Source: Gekko japonicus (Eukaryota). Taken from it: DNA of 64,000 nt. The position numbers and the translations under genes were made by a program. This document shows, one piece after another, positions 27,444 to 39,339 of the stretch (positions within the stretch are counted from its first letter, which is position 1; each line of letters opens with the position of its first letter). The stretch covers positions 62,001 through 126,000 of the forward strand of contig NW_015167100.1 of assembly GCF_001447785.1 (NCBI RefSeq), given 5' to 3'. Below the pieces are notes generated by a model. It was not told the DNA's origin, searched no databases, and saw nothing but the letters and a program-made list of their open reading frames with translations.

Positions 27444-27879
27444 CAGGGCTATTGGGGGGCAGGAATGGAGTTCTGGCTGGCTTCCATGTTGGCCACACCC
27501 ACACCTACAGCTAAAACCTCTGTGCATGCATGGCTGCAGAGGGAAGGCCTGGAGAGTGACCCCACCGATGACATTTAAATGCCTCCCCATGCCTCCCCTC
27601 CCCTCCAAGGGCCGGCTTGCCCGAGCTTCCTGCAGCCACAGGGCTCCCGGGCAAGCCAAGGGAAGGCAGTTTAAACTACCTTCCCTTCAAGGGGGGGCTT
27701 GCCCAGGCTCCCTGCAGCAGCTGGGTGCCTGGGCAAGCCAAGGGAAGGCATGGGGTGTGGCCTAATAGGCTAATGAGCTGTGCTGTCATGGGTGTGCTAT
27801 GCTAATACATTTCTGCTGTTGGGTGTGGCCTGTTATGCTACTGAGTTCCTGCAGGCCTTTTTCTACAAAAAAAGCCCTG
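27444..27879. mobile_element. Non-autonomous hAT element
   Basis: Ends CAGGGCT...AGCCCTG; perfect 8-bp TSD CATGTACT (27436-27443 / 27880-27887). Confidence 0.85.
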
Positions 27880-29847
27880 CATGTACTTAAAGCCATAGTA
27901 GTCCAAATACATTTAGAGAACTAAATGCCAACTTCAATATTTCTTTCTTTCTTTATTTTACTTATTTGATTTTTACCCCACCCTCCCTGCCAAAGCAGGG
28001 AGTTAAGCTGCCATTGATAGGACTATCAGAGAAAAAGCAGGAAGTAGTGAGGCCATGTCTGTATCCAGATCATGTGAGATTCTCTTGCCAGAGAATATAT
28101 GGAATTCTAATGTTATTTCATTTGGCTTTTTAATTCCTATAAGCCACTGTGAGAGCCAGTCTTGGCTGAAAAGTGGAATAAACATATCACACATAAATAA
28201 GCTCATGCTTACATTTTAACTGGAATCAGTGGGTCCTAGAAGTATATATTTTTATCTCGATTATGCTTTTATTTATTTGCTATACTTGTATCCTGTCATT
28301 ATGAGAGAACAATGAGAGCTCCATGCTAACTTGTGTTCAGAGTGGCTTACATGGAACTAGTATGGCCTTCTGTGTAGAACACTCAAGCTTGTATTCCTAA
28401 CTGGAATTACAAATGAGAATGTCATTGCAGGGTTTTTTGTTTTTGTTTTAAATTTCCATTGATTTCAATGCAAGGGTTCTTGGCATGTGTGTACTTCTCC
28501 CACTGAATGAAATGGAGCTTTCAAGTGCTTAATGATGGCTGGGTTGTGCCTTACTGAACAAGGTTCATTTCTTAAACAATCATATTTTCACCAAAGGCTT
28601 GTGCTGTGGTTACCTTTGGTGACTCTTCCTTATCTTTATGAGTCCATTGTTTTACCATTAGCAAGCCTAGAGCTGGAAGAAAATGTATAAAAGTGTTTCT
28701 AGTACACTCAGGGGAAAACAATACTGTCTACACTTTTCCTGCTTATTCGAATTAGTTTCTTATGTGAATACATTATTGAGAAATATGAAACTGCAGTCAG
28801 AAGGCTAATAATTCCATTTGATTCCCTCTAGAAACTGTAACTTTTTTTTTCATATTCTTGGAATTTCACTAAAACTGCATTAAGTTTCTGAACTGACACC
28901 AATTTAAATAGAGGATGAAAATGCATTCTGCCCAAAAGAAACTAACAAAAGACTAAAAATTCTGTAGTGATGTTCTTTCTTTTGAGAAAAATGGCAATTA
29001 GAAAAGCAGTCCATTGAATAAGGCTATAATAATATTTTACATGTTAGAGCAAAAGGCATATTAAATAGTATTCATAAGTACCACCAGTATTAAAAAACCC
29101 TAATTAACTGGCATGCACTCAGATTCAGACACCTTTAATGACATAATAGTATATAATAAATACATTTAAGAAAATAAAATTGATTCCAGTAAGTAAATTT
29201 AGACAATAAAATATGCGTATTATGTGAAAAGACTGTATATAATTGCGGCTGAGTCTGCTAAGAAATTTGTAACTATAACAAAGACTATACGATCTAGAAT
29301 TACATAATTTTCATCCTTCACATCCGCATATTTATTCACAAGCTCATCTTAACCTCTCAACCCAACATGGCCAAACGGCCCGTTACTTACATAATCTCAG
29401 CCTTCCTTCCCATCGTAGAGGCTTTACATTGGCTCGGCTAAACGTCTTTTCCTCAACAATGTTGAGGGGTTGATTTAACAACATTCTCCCCCACCAGGAA
29501 AGACTCTGCAAATGTTCCATCATGGCCCCAGATTCAATCTTCCATATTATTCTGAACTGCCAGCTGCACACATCCCCAGGTATGAAACTTTTACCCCTTC
29601 GACCATGCTAATTTACTAATAATCTTAAAACTGTTCAATATTTTTTCTTAATGATGTTAATACTGGCATGCATTGATGTTCAGTGCAAGCCAGTTTGTTC
29701 TGTAGAATGTACAGGATTTTTAAAAATCCTGAGTCATCCTGAAACTTTCGGATAGATAGGTAACAAATTAGTCTCTTACATTTAAATATCTTATTAATCA
29801 AGTTAATTTACATTATACTGCCAGGTATTACTGAATCAAGGGCTCAG

Positions 29848-29954
29848 AGTGGCTCAGAGATCAAGATGCTGAGCTGCAGACCAGAATGTCTGTAGTTCGG
29901 CAGTTCAAGACCCTAGTGCTGTACAACAGAGTGAACTCCCATCTTTGGCCCCAG
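29848..29954 (+). mobile_element. Sauria SINE 5' part, cut off at a hAT insertion
   Basis: gtggctcagagatcaagatgctgagctg...ggcagttcaagacc...cagagtgaactccc resembles the reverse complement of the 18250-18468 copy. Confidence 0.55.
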
Positions 29955-30575
29955 CAGGCCCGTAGCTAGTGTGGGGTCTGCAGGGCCCGCCCCCCTGCAA
30001 TTTTAATGGGCCCCCTCCCCAATCCCTGGCTCCCCTCCCTCCCTCCGGCCCCCTTACCCCCAATCGATCACGACTTCGCACAGTCAGGAGGAACGGACGC
30101 TGAGTCCCTGCCCTGATCTCAGATCATTGGCTGCCTTACCCTGCCTCTCATTGGGCTTTTGGAACAATGGGCGGGCTCTAAGCAAACAATGGGCGGGCTC
30201 TAAGCAAATACAAGCTTAGCTAAACCACGCTGCCACTTCCTCTTCCTTGCAAACTACATCAGCAGAGAGCACATGAGCCTTTATGCCTGCCCTGCACAGC
30301 CCTGGGCCATATAGCTCCTCCTTCTCCTCCTTCATCGGACCCGGCAGCACAGCTCAGCTTCTGTCCACCTTCAGCAGCTCAGCAGCAGCCAGTATTGGAG
30401 GAGTTTTGCTGTGGGGCTGCCTGGCTGGGGTTTGTGGATTAGAATTACCCCTCATTTTTGTACTGCTGCATTTCCAGCATCCATTCCTCCCTCCACCAGT
30501 GTGCAGCCTGCAGGACTCCAAGTCCAGGTAGAGACCAGAGTGGCTCATGTGGGGGCAGCAGGGGGTGGGTGGGTG
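29955..30575 (+). mobile_element. Truncated hAT element of the same family as 32383-36021
   Basis: Same left terminus CAGGCCCGTAGCTA and shared internal blocks (tgctgcatttccagcatccattcctcc...gtagagaccagag); right TIR missing. Confidence 0.7.
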
Positions 30576-31408
30576 TCTCTAGTTGAAATTGCAAAGCTGA
30601 TTTGGCTTTAAGTACCTTGTTTTCTGTAAGGATGGAGGTGGATGGGGGGGGGAGTATTTCCACTCATACACTGGGCATGGGAACTAAACAGCTTGGCAAC
30701 CAATGGCTTGGTAGGGAAAATCTGCCCTTTTTGGAAAACATGGCAGTTCAGGAAGAAGGCCTACCAGTGAATGATGGCTGCCCAGTTACCCTAAACAAGC
30801 CAGTCTTTATCTGCCTGAAAAGGGAGAGAATTCTAATATGAATTAATTATCCAACAGAATATTTTATTTAAATAGAATAGCAAGGTAAGAAACAAGCACA
30901 AGTAAATCACATTAAATCAAAGCAGTCTTTTTTTTCAGACTCTCTCCCTTTCTCACACTCCAATCCATTCTTTTTGTGTGCAAAAGTCAGTGAAGGTTCT
31001 CAAAACATCCCATCCGTGTTTAGACATGTGGTCAGGCATGCTTTTATACAAACAGTTTCACCAGAACAGAATGTCCATAGTAGTAGAAAAGAGTAAGAAT
31101 CCAGTAGCACCTTTAAGACTAACCAAATTCATGAGTCACCACTCACTTCTTCAGTTATCTTACTCTTTTCACCAGACCAAGGTTGTCTCTTGACTGGGCA
31201 TCACACGCTCAAACACGTATGCAGTTATCTGGTCTCAATAATGCGAGCAAAGTTTATCAAGTTGAAATAAGTCTGTCACAGTTCAAAATGGAAATTTCTC
31301 AAAGACCTATACAGGCCAGGAAAGTATGACTAACACAGGTGGCTTCAATGGCTGATGGCAGGGAAATCTTGCCAAAGTGGACAGGCCCTTTGAAAACACA
31401 TACCTTTT

Positions 31409-31580
31409 GCCCTGACCTGGATAGCCTAGGTAAGCCTGATCTCATTGGATCTCAGAAGCTAAGACCCTGGCAAGTATTTGGAAGGGTGATCTCCAGGGAA
31501 TACCAGGGTCAGGATGCAGAGGCAAGCAATCAAGCCACATCCTACCCACTAGGGGTCGCCAGAAGTCACTTCCAGACTTC
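31409..31580 (+). mobile_element. 5S rRNA-derived SINE (SINE3 / 5S-Sauria-like)
   Basis: gcctgatctcattggatctcagaagctaag...agtatttggaagggtgatctccagggaatacc resembles the 5S rRNA internal control region, followed by a non-5S tail ggggtcgcca. Confidence 0.7.
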
Positions 31581-31717
31581 CAGGCTTGCAAATGCATGCA
31601 CACACAAACAAATAATTTTAAATGGTGTTTTTTTTAAAAAAAAAAAGGTGGAAAAAAGAAAGCACTTATACAGACAATATGATCATGGCTTGGACTGGAT
31701 TCTTTCATAAAAGACTG

Positions 31718-32180
31718 AATCATAGAATCATAGAATGTTAGAGTTGGAAGGGACCTTGCAGGTCATCTAGTCCAACCCCCTGCACTCTGCAGGAGTATAC
31801 TGAAAGATAGCCCTACATACCTACAACATACCCGAAAGATGGTCGTCCAGCCTCCGCTTGAAAACGTCCAGCGAAGGAGCATCCACCACCTCCCAAGGCA
31901 GACTGTTCCACTGCTCAGCCACTATTACAGTTAGGAAGTTTCTCCTGATATTTAGCCAGTAACAACTCCCTTGTAATTTCCACGCATTAGATCTAGTCTT
32001 GCAATCCGGAGCAAGAGAGAATAGATCTGCTCCATCTTCTACATGACAGCCCTTCAAATACTTGAACACTACAGTCATGTCCCCTCTAAGCCTTCTCTTT
32101 CCCAGGCTAAACATAACCAACTCTTTCAGCCTTTCCTCATAAGACTTGGATTCCAACCCTCTCACCATCCTGGTTGCCTG
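31718..32180 (-). mobile_element. CR1 LINE 3' end
   Basis: ORF 31821-32168 SYEERLKELVMFSLGKRRLRGDM...WNSLP; tail atcatagaatcatagaat. Confidence 0.9.
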
Positions 32181-32803
32181 GATAGCCTGGATTAGACTGG
32201 ATTAAAGCATGTTTGGGAAAGACTGTATTAAAGATGGGAAAAGCTGGAAAGAGGACAATTAAGGTGCACTCCAGTTTAGAAGTGAAGCAACCTAAACATT
32301 CTTATATACACAGCTTTTTTTCAAATTTTCTGGTGAATGTGTGGAAATCAAAACAACAGGTGTCAATTCTGTCCCTCTACACCAGGCCCGTAGCTATCAA
32401 GGGTCCCATGGGGCCCAGCCCCCCCCATCGTTTTTGCAGGCCCCTCCCTGATCCTCAGCTCCCCCCGCCCCCCCGATCTATCATCTTGTCGGCACTCTGC
32501 TGGCTGACTCGGGAGAGAAGCAGCAGGACTTGTTGGGGAAAACAGAAAGAGGAGCGGAGCCAGTTCTCGCCCCGACCGACCTCAGGCTCAGCATTGGCTG
32601 CCTTTTTTGGAATAGTGGGTGGGCTCTAAGCAAAGGGCTCGCCAAATAGTTACCCCAGCCCCCCCCGCCACTTCCTCCAACTCCAGGCAAACTGCAGCAG
32701 CAGCAGAGCATGAGGATCTGAGCCTTCTGCTTGTCCTCCTGCACAGCCCCGGGCCATAGCTCCTCCTTCTCTTCCTCTGTCTGGATGATCGGACCCCCAG
32801 CAG

Positions 32804-34305
32804 CAATGTTCTCTCTAAGGTGTGCAGTCTTATGAGCAGAAATTTTACCCCCTGAGCCAAAAGTGGTGCTAGTGTTAAAACTGTGAGCAAGCCGACATTT
32901 AATTTTTTTAAAATTTAAGTGTACAAACATACAAACAACATATAAACTATTATCATTTGTATTACAAGCCATATATTTATATTAAACTTATTTATATTTA
33001 TATGGAACATATTGGTATTACTTAACCTCCCAAGCTTCAGGGCACAGAGAGTCACTTTGCAAAGCACCAGAAGCCAGCAGATTGCCTCTAGCACGCTGCT
33101 GAGGCCGCCTCCTCCCCCCTTCTTCAACTAACCTCCCAGGTTTAAGGGCACAGAGAATCACTTTGCAAAGCACCAGAACACACCACATCATCTCTAGCAC
33201 GCTGCTGAGGCCANNNNNNNNNNNNNNNNNNNNCAACTCACGCCCCAGGCTTAAGGGCACAGAGAGTCACTTTGCAAAGTACCAGAAGCCACCAGATCGC
33301 CTCTAGCACGCTGCTGAGGCTGCCTCCTCCACCTTCTTCAACTAACCTCCCAGGCTTAAGGGCACAGACAGTCACTTTGCAAAGCACAGAAAACACCAGA
33401 TCGCCTCTAGCATGCTGCTGAGGCCAGCTCCCCACTCCCAACCCCAAGACAAAGCAAACAACCAGGCAACTCACCTCAGGAAGGGCAGAAGCTAGGCAAC
33501 AGAGCAGTCCACCTTATGGGCCAGGGTACCTCCAGGAGCACGAGGTAGGGGACTGCCGAGGAGGGTAGCAGCACCCATTTTCACAGGGCAAGCAAACCCC
33601 AGCTGAGGGGAGGTGGCCTCCTCCCCCCTTCTTCAACTAACCTCCCAGGTTTAAGGGCACAGAGAATCACTTTGCAAAGCACCAGAACACACCACATCAT
33701 CTCTAGCACGCTGCTGAGGCCACCTCCCCCCCTTCTTCAACTAACCTCCCAGGCTTAAGGGCACAGAGAGTCACTTTGCAAAGTACCAGAAGCCACCAGA
33801 TCGCCTCTAGCACGCTGCTGAGGCTGCCTCCTCCACCTTCTTCAACTAACCTCCCAGGCTTAAGGGCACAGACAGTCACTTTGCAAAGCACAGAAAACAC
33901 CAGATCGCCTCTAGCATGCTGCTGAGGCCAGCTCCCCACTCCCAACCCCAAGACAAAGCAAACAACCAGGCAACTCACCTCAGGAAGGGCAGAAGCTAGG
34001 CAACAGAGCAGTCCACCTTATGGGCCAGGGTACCTCCAGGAGCACGAGGTAGGGGACTGCCGAGGAGGGTAGCAGCACCCATTTTCACAGGGCAAGCAAA
34101 CCCCAGCTGAGGGGAGGTGGGGCCAGCCCAGATTAGGAAACACAAAGCATACTGCTGTGTTTCTGTGCTCCCTGAGCAAATGGATCCGTGCTGCATAGCC
34201 ATTAGGAAGGGAATCTCTCGCCCCTGTGCTGTGGTAAAAATTGCTGCACTGGCCAGGGGAAACTGGTGTGCCAGCACAGGCTGGCACAGTTTAAAGGGAA
34301 CCTAG
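32804..34305. mobile_element. Nested hAT element carrying a ~104-bp minisatellite
   Basis: Left end CAATGTTCTCTCTAAGG resembles the TIR of 39012-39217; degenerate right end tttaaagggaacctag; near-TSD cccagcag / cccggcag; host element sequence resumes after it. Confidence 0.6.
33214..33233. other. Assembly gap (20 N)
   Basis: Run of N. Confidence 1.
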
Positions 34306-34509
34306 CCCGGCAGCTCTGCCTTCAACAGCTCAGTAGTCTCGGAGGAAGTCTCCTCTGCTGAGCCTGATTATCTTCCATGGGGCCGGGGTGGCTGGCTGGG
34401 GTTTGTTGTGCTGCTGCATTTCCAGCATCCATTCCTCCTTCCACCATTGTGCAGCCTGCAGGACTCCAAGTTCAGGTAGAGACCAGAGGGGCTCATGTGG
34501 GGGTTGTGC

Positions 34510-35726
34510 TAAAAGGAAGGACAGGGTTGCCCATTGGAAACAATGGGAAACACCTGAAGGCCCATTGGAAATAATGGGAGCCAGAAATGCCAATTGACTT
34601 TATGTTACAGCTCAAGAAGAGTTGCAAAGAAAATGAGGAATGGATTTTACATTAAGGTCTCTGGTCCCAAATACACTGCTCTATGACTGGAATGACAGCC
34701 CCTGGAGGTAGCAGGTATGTTCTGAGAGTGGAATGACAGCCCCTGGGGGTAGCAGATGTGTCCTATGGGTGGAATGACAGGCCCCAGGGTAGACTGACAG
34801 TCCCTGGGGGTAGCAGGTGTGTTCTGACGGTGGAATGACAGGCCCCACAGTGGAATGACAGCCCCTGGGGGTATCAGGAGTGTTCTGACCGTGGAATGAC
34901 AGGCCTCACAGTGGACTGACAGCCCCTGGGGATAGCAGATGTATTCTGAGGTGGAATGACAGCCTTCAGTGGAATGACAGCCCCTAGGGGTGGCAGGAGT
35001 GTTCTCGGACTGGAATGACAGGCCCCAGAGTGGAATGACAGCTCCTAGGTGTAGCAGATGTGTTCTGGGAATGGAATGACAGGTCCCAGAGTGGAATGGC
35101 AGCCTCTGTGGTTAGCAGGAGTATTCTGGGACTGGAATGACAGGCCCCAGTGTGGAATGACAGTCCCTGGGGCATAGCAGGAGTTGTCTGGGGGTGGAAT
35201 TACAGGCCCTGGGGGTAGCAGGAGTGTTCTGGGAATGGAATGCCAGGTCTATCATTCCAGTCCCAAGACGTATCTCCTACCCCCCTGGGCTTTCATTCCA
35301 CTGTGGAGCTGGTTATTCCAGTGCCAGAATACTCCTGCTAACATTCCAGTCCAATAACACTCCTGTAAGCCCCAGGGGCTGTCATTCCACCCTGGGGCCT
35401 GTCATTCCAGTCCCAAAACACTCCTGCTATGCCCAGGGGCTGTCATTCCACTGTGGGGCCTGTCATTCCAGTCCCAGGACACATCTCCTACCCTCCTGGC
35501 TGTCATTCCACTGTGGGGCCTGTCATTCTAGTCCCAGAGCAGTGTATTTGGGACCAGAGACCTTAATGGAAAATCCATTCCGCATTTTCTTTGTAACTCT
35601 TCTTGAGCTGTAATGTATTTCAATGGAGCCCATGCAAGTCTATTGGCATACCTGGCTCCCATGATTTCCAATGGGCCTTCAAGTGTTTCCCATTGTTTCC
35701 ATTGGGAAATCCTGTCCTTCCTTTTA
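34510..35726. repeat. Foldback palindrome: ~175-bp inverted arms plus opposed GTGGAATGACAG minisatellite arrays
   Basis: taaaaggaaggacagg...ggtctctggtcccaaatacactgctct is mirrored by agagcagtgtatttgggaccagagacc...cctgtccttcctttta; the array flips orientation at ~35248. Confidence 0.9.
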
Positions 35727-35769
35727 CTACATCTCCAGAGAAACTCATTAGCAAGACCTCAGCTTTCAG

Positions 35770-35915
35770 TGTTGGTGTTTAGTCATGCCGGCCACATGAC
35801 CACGGAAACGTCTTCGGACAGCGCTGGCTCTTCGGCTTTGAAACGGAGATGAGCACCGCAACCCTAGAGTCGGATTCGACTGGCTTTCGAGCAAGGGAAC
35901 CTTTACCTTTACCTA
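35770..35915 (+). mobile_element. Sauria SINE 3' part
   Basis: gtttagtcatgccggccacatgaccacgg...gagatgagcaccgc..ctagagtcgg with (ACCTTT)n tail. Confidence 0.8.
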
Positions 35916-36370
35916 TTTAGAAGTATGAGCATGGTATGGCAGTACCACACAGACATATAATGGCAGGCCCCCTTAGAAAAACATTGCCCTCCCCAGCAAA
36001 AAGTTGTTAGCTATGGGGCTGCTCTACACACAGAGAGAGAGACAGACAGAGAGATGTAAGGCATACAGTCTTTAAAAGCAGTCTTTTAAAGGCAATTCAA
36101 TCACAGGCGAAGGTCCTGCCTGACACTGAAGATGGGTTCAAGAACTGACACCTGTAAACCCTGCTTACATGAGGTAAAAATAGAACAGCATCTCTCCTAG
36201 GGAACAGTCAGGTTTTCCTTCATACTCAATAAGAATGACAAGTTATGGCACAATTGTCCCGCTGGGGTTAGCCCCTCTTGTTTCGAGCTTTCTGTATGCT
36301 GAAAGAGTCGAGACTGTAACAATTCCGAGTTGAAGGCACTCACAATATATGACACACCAACCTTCCTAAT

Positions 36371-36589
36371 TAGGGTTGCCAAGTCTGGGTTGGAAAATAC
36401 CTGGAGACTTTGGGGGTGGAGCCAGGAGAGGGCGTGGTTTGGAGAGGAGAGGGGCCTCAACATAATACAAAGCCATAGAGTCCACCCTTCAAAGCATCCA
36501 TTTTCTCCAGGGGAGCTCATCTCTGTCGGCTGGGGATCAGTTGTAAAAGCGGGAGATCCCCAGGCCCCACCTGGAGGCTGGCAACCCTA
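36371..36589. mobile_element. hAT MITE in the TRPA1 proximal upstream region
   Basis: TIR TAGGGTTGCCA / TGGCAACCCTA; perfect 8-bp TSD TTCCTAAT (36363-36370 / 36590-36597). Confidence 0.9.
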
Positions 36590-36609
36590 TTCCTAATTCG
36601 TCTCAACTC

Positions 36610-37200
36610 ATCCTGGCCGGCGCCGTGTCGGCCGCTACTCAAGGCAGGAATCCCCTCCCAGATCAAACTGGCAGACACTCCCCTCACTGCCTTGGCTCGC
36701 TTCGATGGCGCCTGCTTGCTGCAAGGCCATATCTCCCTTGTTGTCCCCTCGACGCACGCCCCCCCCCTCGGGGGCCCCTGCCCTCTCCATTCATAAGCAA
36801 CCCAAAGGGTATTGGTTCGGAGGTTAAGACTGCACTGCACAGCACTCCTTTGAGCGTTCAACTCGGAGTAAACTATACGGGCACGCACAGTGCATCGCTC
36901 GTCCCGCCTCCTTCGCTCTTGGGCTTTTCCGTAGTCCATAACGAGAATGTCTAAATGGGTGTATTTTTCTTGAGCAAGTGCTCACAGATTCCCAGCTGCG
37001 GAGAGCGACAGGAGGGCGCCAAGCCGAGGCAGGGTTCTGAGGAGCAGGAGGACCAGCGCGCCGCGCTCACTATGAAGCGCTCCCTGGCGAAGTTGTTCCA
37101 GTCCGGGGAGAAGAAGCGGCGCAACTCCTACGAAGGGGTCGTCTGCGAATCCGACGCTGCTTCGGTGGCCTCGCAGGATGTTTTCAAGGTAAAGCATTAC
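36610..37200 (+). promoter_or_regulatory. CpG-rich promoter / first-exon region of TRPA1
   Basis: Local CpG enrichment, GC boxes (cgcccc ~36757, cccgcc ~36903) and a reverse CCAAT (attgg 36811) directly before the coding start. Confidence 0.6.
37072..37188 (+). CDS. TRPA1: TRPA1 coding exon 1 (MKRSLAKLFQSGEKKRRNSYEGVVCESDAASVASQDVFK)
   Basis: Resembles the vertebrate TRPA1 N-terminus (MKRSL...GEKK..GVV.E); 117 nt, phase-0 donor AAG|GTAAAG. Confidence 0.92.
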
Positions 37201-38830
37201 CTTTAAAAAGACGCGAGATGAGTGGGTAAGACGGCTGCTGGTCTGCTATCGCTACACTGTTGTACCTCTAATAGCTGCATATTAGCCAGGCAGCAGTTCG
37301 CTTTACCTTTACGGGGACAGCTAAATCGTTTGGAGCCCTGTCTGTCCAGCAGATGTTAAAAGCCCAAGAACCCTGTCAGAGTCGCCTGATATCTGCCCGT
37401 TTTATATATTCATCTCTTATGTGTACCTTTCTACATAGGTGCACTGCATTTAACTCTTGTCACCCGCTACTGTTTTAAAACAAGGGGTGACAATTATCTT
37501 CTGTGTGGCTATGGTATGGAAAGCAAAGTAATTATTATGGAATGTGAAACAATTATTTTTATTTTTCAAATAAAATATGGGTCATCTGGCAAATCTAGGC
37601 TGAGAGCTTAGACTGTGTGATATGTGGTGTCTGTTATCTTGAAGCCCTGATATGAATCTGCCCAGTAAAGACTGCTTTCAGAAAGTTACCTTTTTAGATA
37701 ACCATTTGCATAGAAAAAGGTTGAATGTGCTTTCTTTAGTCAGAAAATATGTGCATTCCAACAATACTGGAAGACCTTCTATCATTTCATTCTTTCTGGT
37801 AAACAGATGTATGTAACCTTGTGTGATGCTGGGATGCACATCACTGTCAATTTTGACAAATGATGTTTTGCATTTCCTATAATGCTGACATAGATCTTAC
37901 ATTGGCTCAAATGTATGTTACATTTAAAATGGTTTCTCTTCTGTGTACAGTAAAAATGTTTAATCAATGCCTTCAACATTAAAAATAATTCTTAGTGTCA
38001 CCTGTGAAAACACAGAAATTAACATTGGGAAAGTGTGCTCATAAAAATATGGGTTAGATATGTTTCCTGACCCCAACAGTCTAGATGCTAGAAAATTAAC
38101 TCTTGAAAATTATGCAAACACTCTATCAGTATCTAATAATGTTTCACTCTAGAAAATAATTTACAGGATCATGTGTTAACAGACTGCACTTTTAAAAGCT
38201 TAGAAGTGTTGTTCAAACAGCTGGAGGACTGTGATCACAGCAACAGAGAGCCTTGAATGACAGGCTGCTCCAAGCAATCTGATTGGTTAGCATCAGCTGA
38301 ACAGAGAAAGACTTGAGAGCTGTAAGTTGAGGAGTCAGTCAAATTTCAGCCTTAGCTGAGAGCAGTTTTACACAAACAGAGAACTGTGGGAAAGTTGGCA
38401 AGAAAGTTGGGGGAGTTAGGCGAAGACTTCCATTTACATTAGCACACACACTGAGATGGCGGATACTTGTCCAGAGACAGAATAATTGGTGAGAGACATC
38501 GCCTTCTTTATGGGTTGGCTCAGAATTATATAGAGGCCTGATTTTTACATGGAGCGTCCCCTCACATTGAAACACTACAAACCTACTTGGCTCTTAATTG
38601 TTGTAAATGATTTTAAGTGTGTGCTATTTGGTTTTAGGCCACTGAAGAAGGCTCTCAGAGCTGAAATGCATCTGACTAAGTGGCTTTTTATGGGATACTC
38701 TGTTATGTGATTCATGTTCAGTTGATGTGCAAGTTCAATAGGTTGGATTTTAGCATTTCTCATGTATCTGTCTTGTTTTTAATTGTTATACCATGTAATA
38801 AGTACTTTGTTATATATTTAAGTTTGTTAA

Positions 38831-39339
38831 GAGAGCTAGTTTGGTGTAGTGATTAAGCTCATGGGCTCTAATTCGGGAGAACCGGGTTTGATTCCGCACT
38901 CCTCCACATGCAGCTGCTGGTGTGACCTTGGGTCAATCATAAGTTCTTTCAGAGCTGTTCTCTCAAGGGCAGTTCTCAAGAGAGCTCTCTCAGCCCCACC
39001 TACCTCACAGGCACTGTTCTCTCTAAGCTGAGTTAGTGTGAGCCAGATCACAGTTTTTTAGCCTCCAGCTCACAGATTTTTGTCTTAGCTCAGGAAGAAG
39101 GGCTCCAGAGCAAACTCATTTATGCAGCAGCCAAATCACTCGCTCACAACTTTAATGCCAGTAGCTCACAGAGTAGAATTTCTGCTCACAGGACTCCACA
39201 GCTTAGAGGGAACATTGCTCACAGGGCGTCTGTTGTGGGGAGAGGGAGGGGAAGGGAAGGGGATTGTAAGCTGCTCTGAGACTCCTTTGGGTAGTGAAGA
39301 GTGGTGTATAAATCTAATCTCCTCCTCCTCCTCCTCCTC
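38831..39339 (+). mobile_element. tRNA-derived SINE (Squam3-like) split by a MITE
   Basis: A and B boxes; body continuous across the 39012-39217 insertion; (CTC)n tail. Confidence 0.85.
39012..39217. mobile_element. hAT MITE inserted in SINE
   Basis: TIR CACTGTTCTCTCTAAGCTG / CAGCTTAGAGGGAACATTG; perfect 8-bp TSD CTCACAGG (39004-39011 / 39218-39225). Confidence 0.92.

Larger units (their letters stand above)
32383..36021. mobile_element. 3.6-kb composite non-autonomous hAT element
   Basis: TIRs CAGGCCCGTAGCTA / TAGCTATGGGGCTG; perfect 8-bp TSD CTCTACAC (32375-32382 / 36022-36029). Confidence 0.85.

Noticed and set aside
29391-29607. Open minus-strand frame bounded by AG and GTAAGT, containing palindrome cctcaacaatgttgagg
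   Set aside because: No polypyrimidine tract, no protein similarity I recognise and no partner exons.
31430-31510. 5S rRNA gene
   Set aside because: Diverged, internally deleted and fused to a non-5S tail; it is a SINE head.
34685-35540. Regularly spaced GTGGAATGACAG repeats resembling a CRISPR array
   Set aside because: Eukaryotic context, the spacers are themselves repeated, orientation flips and there are no cas genes; it is a minisatellite.
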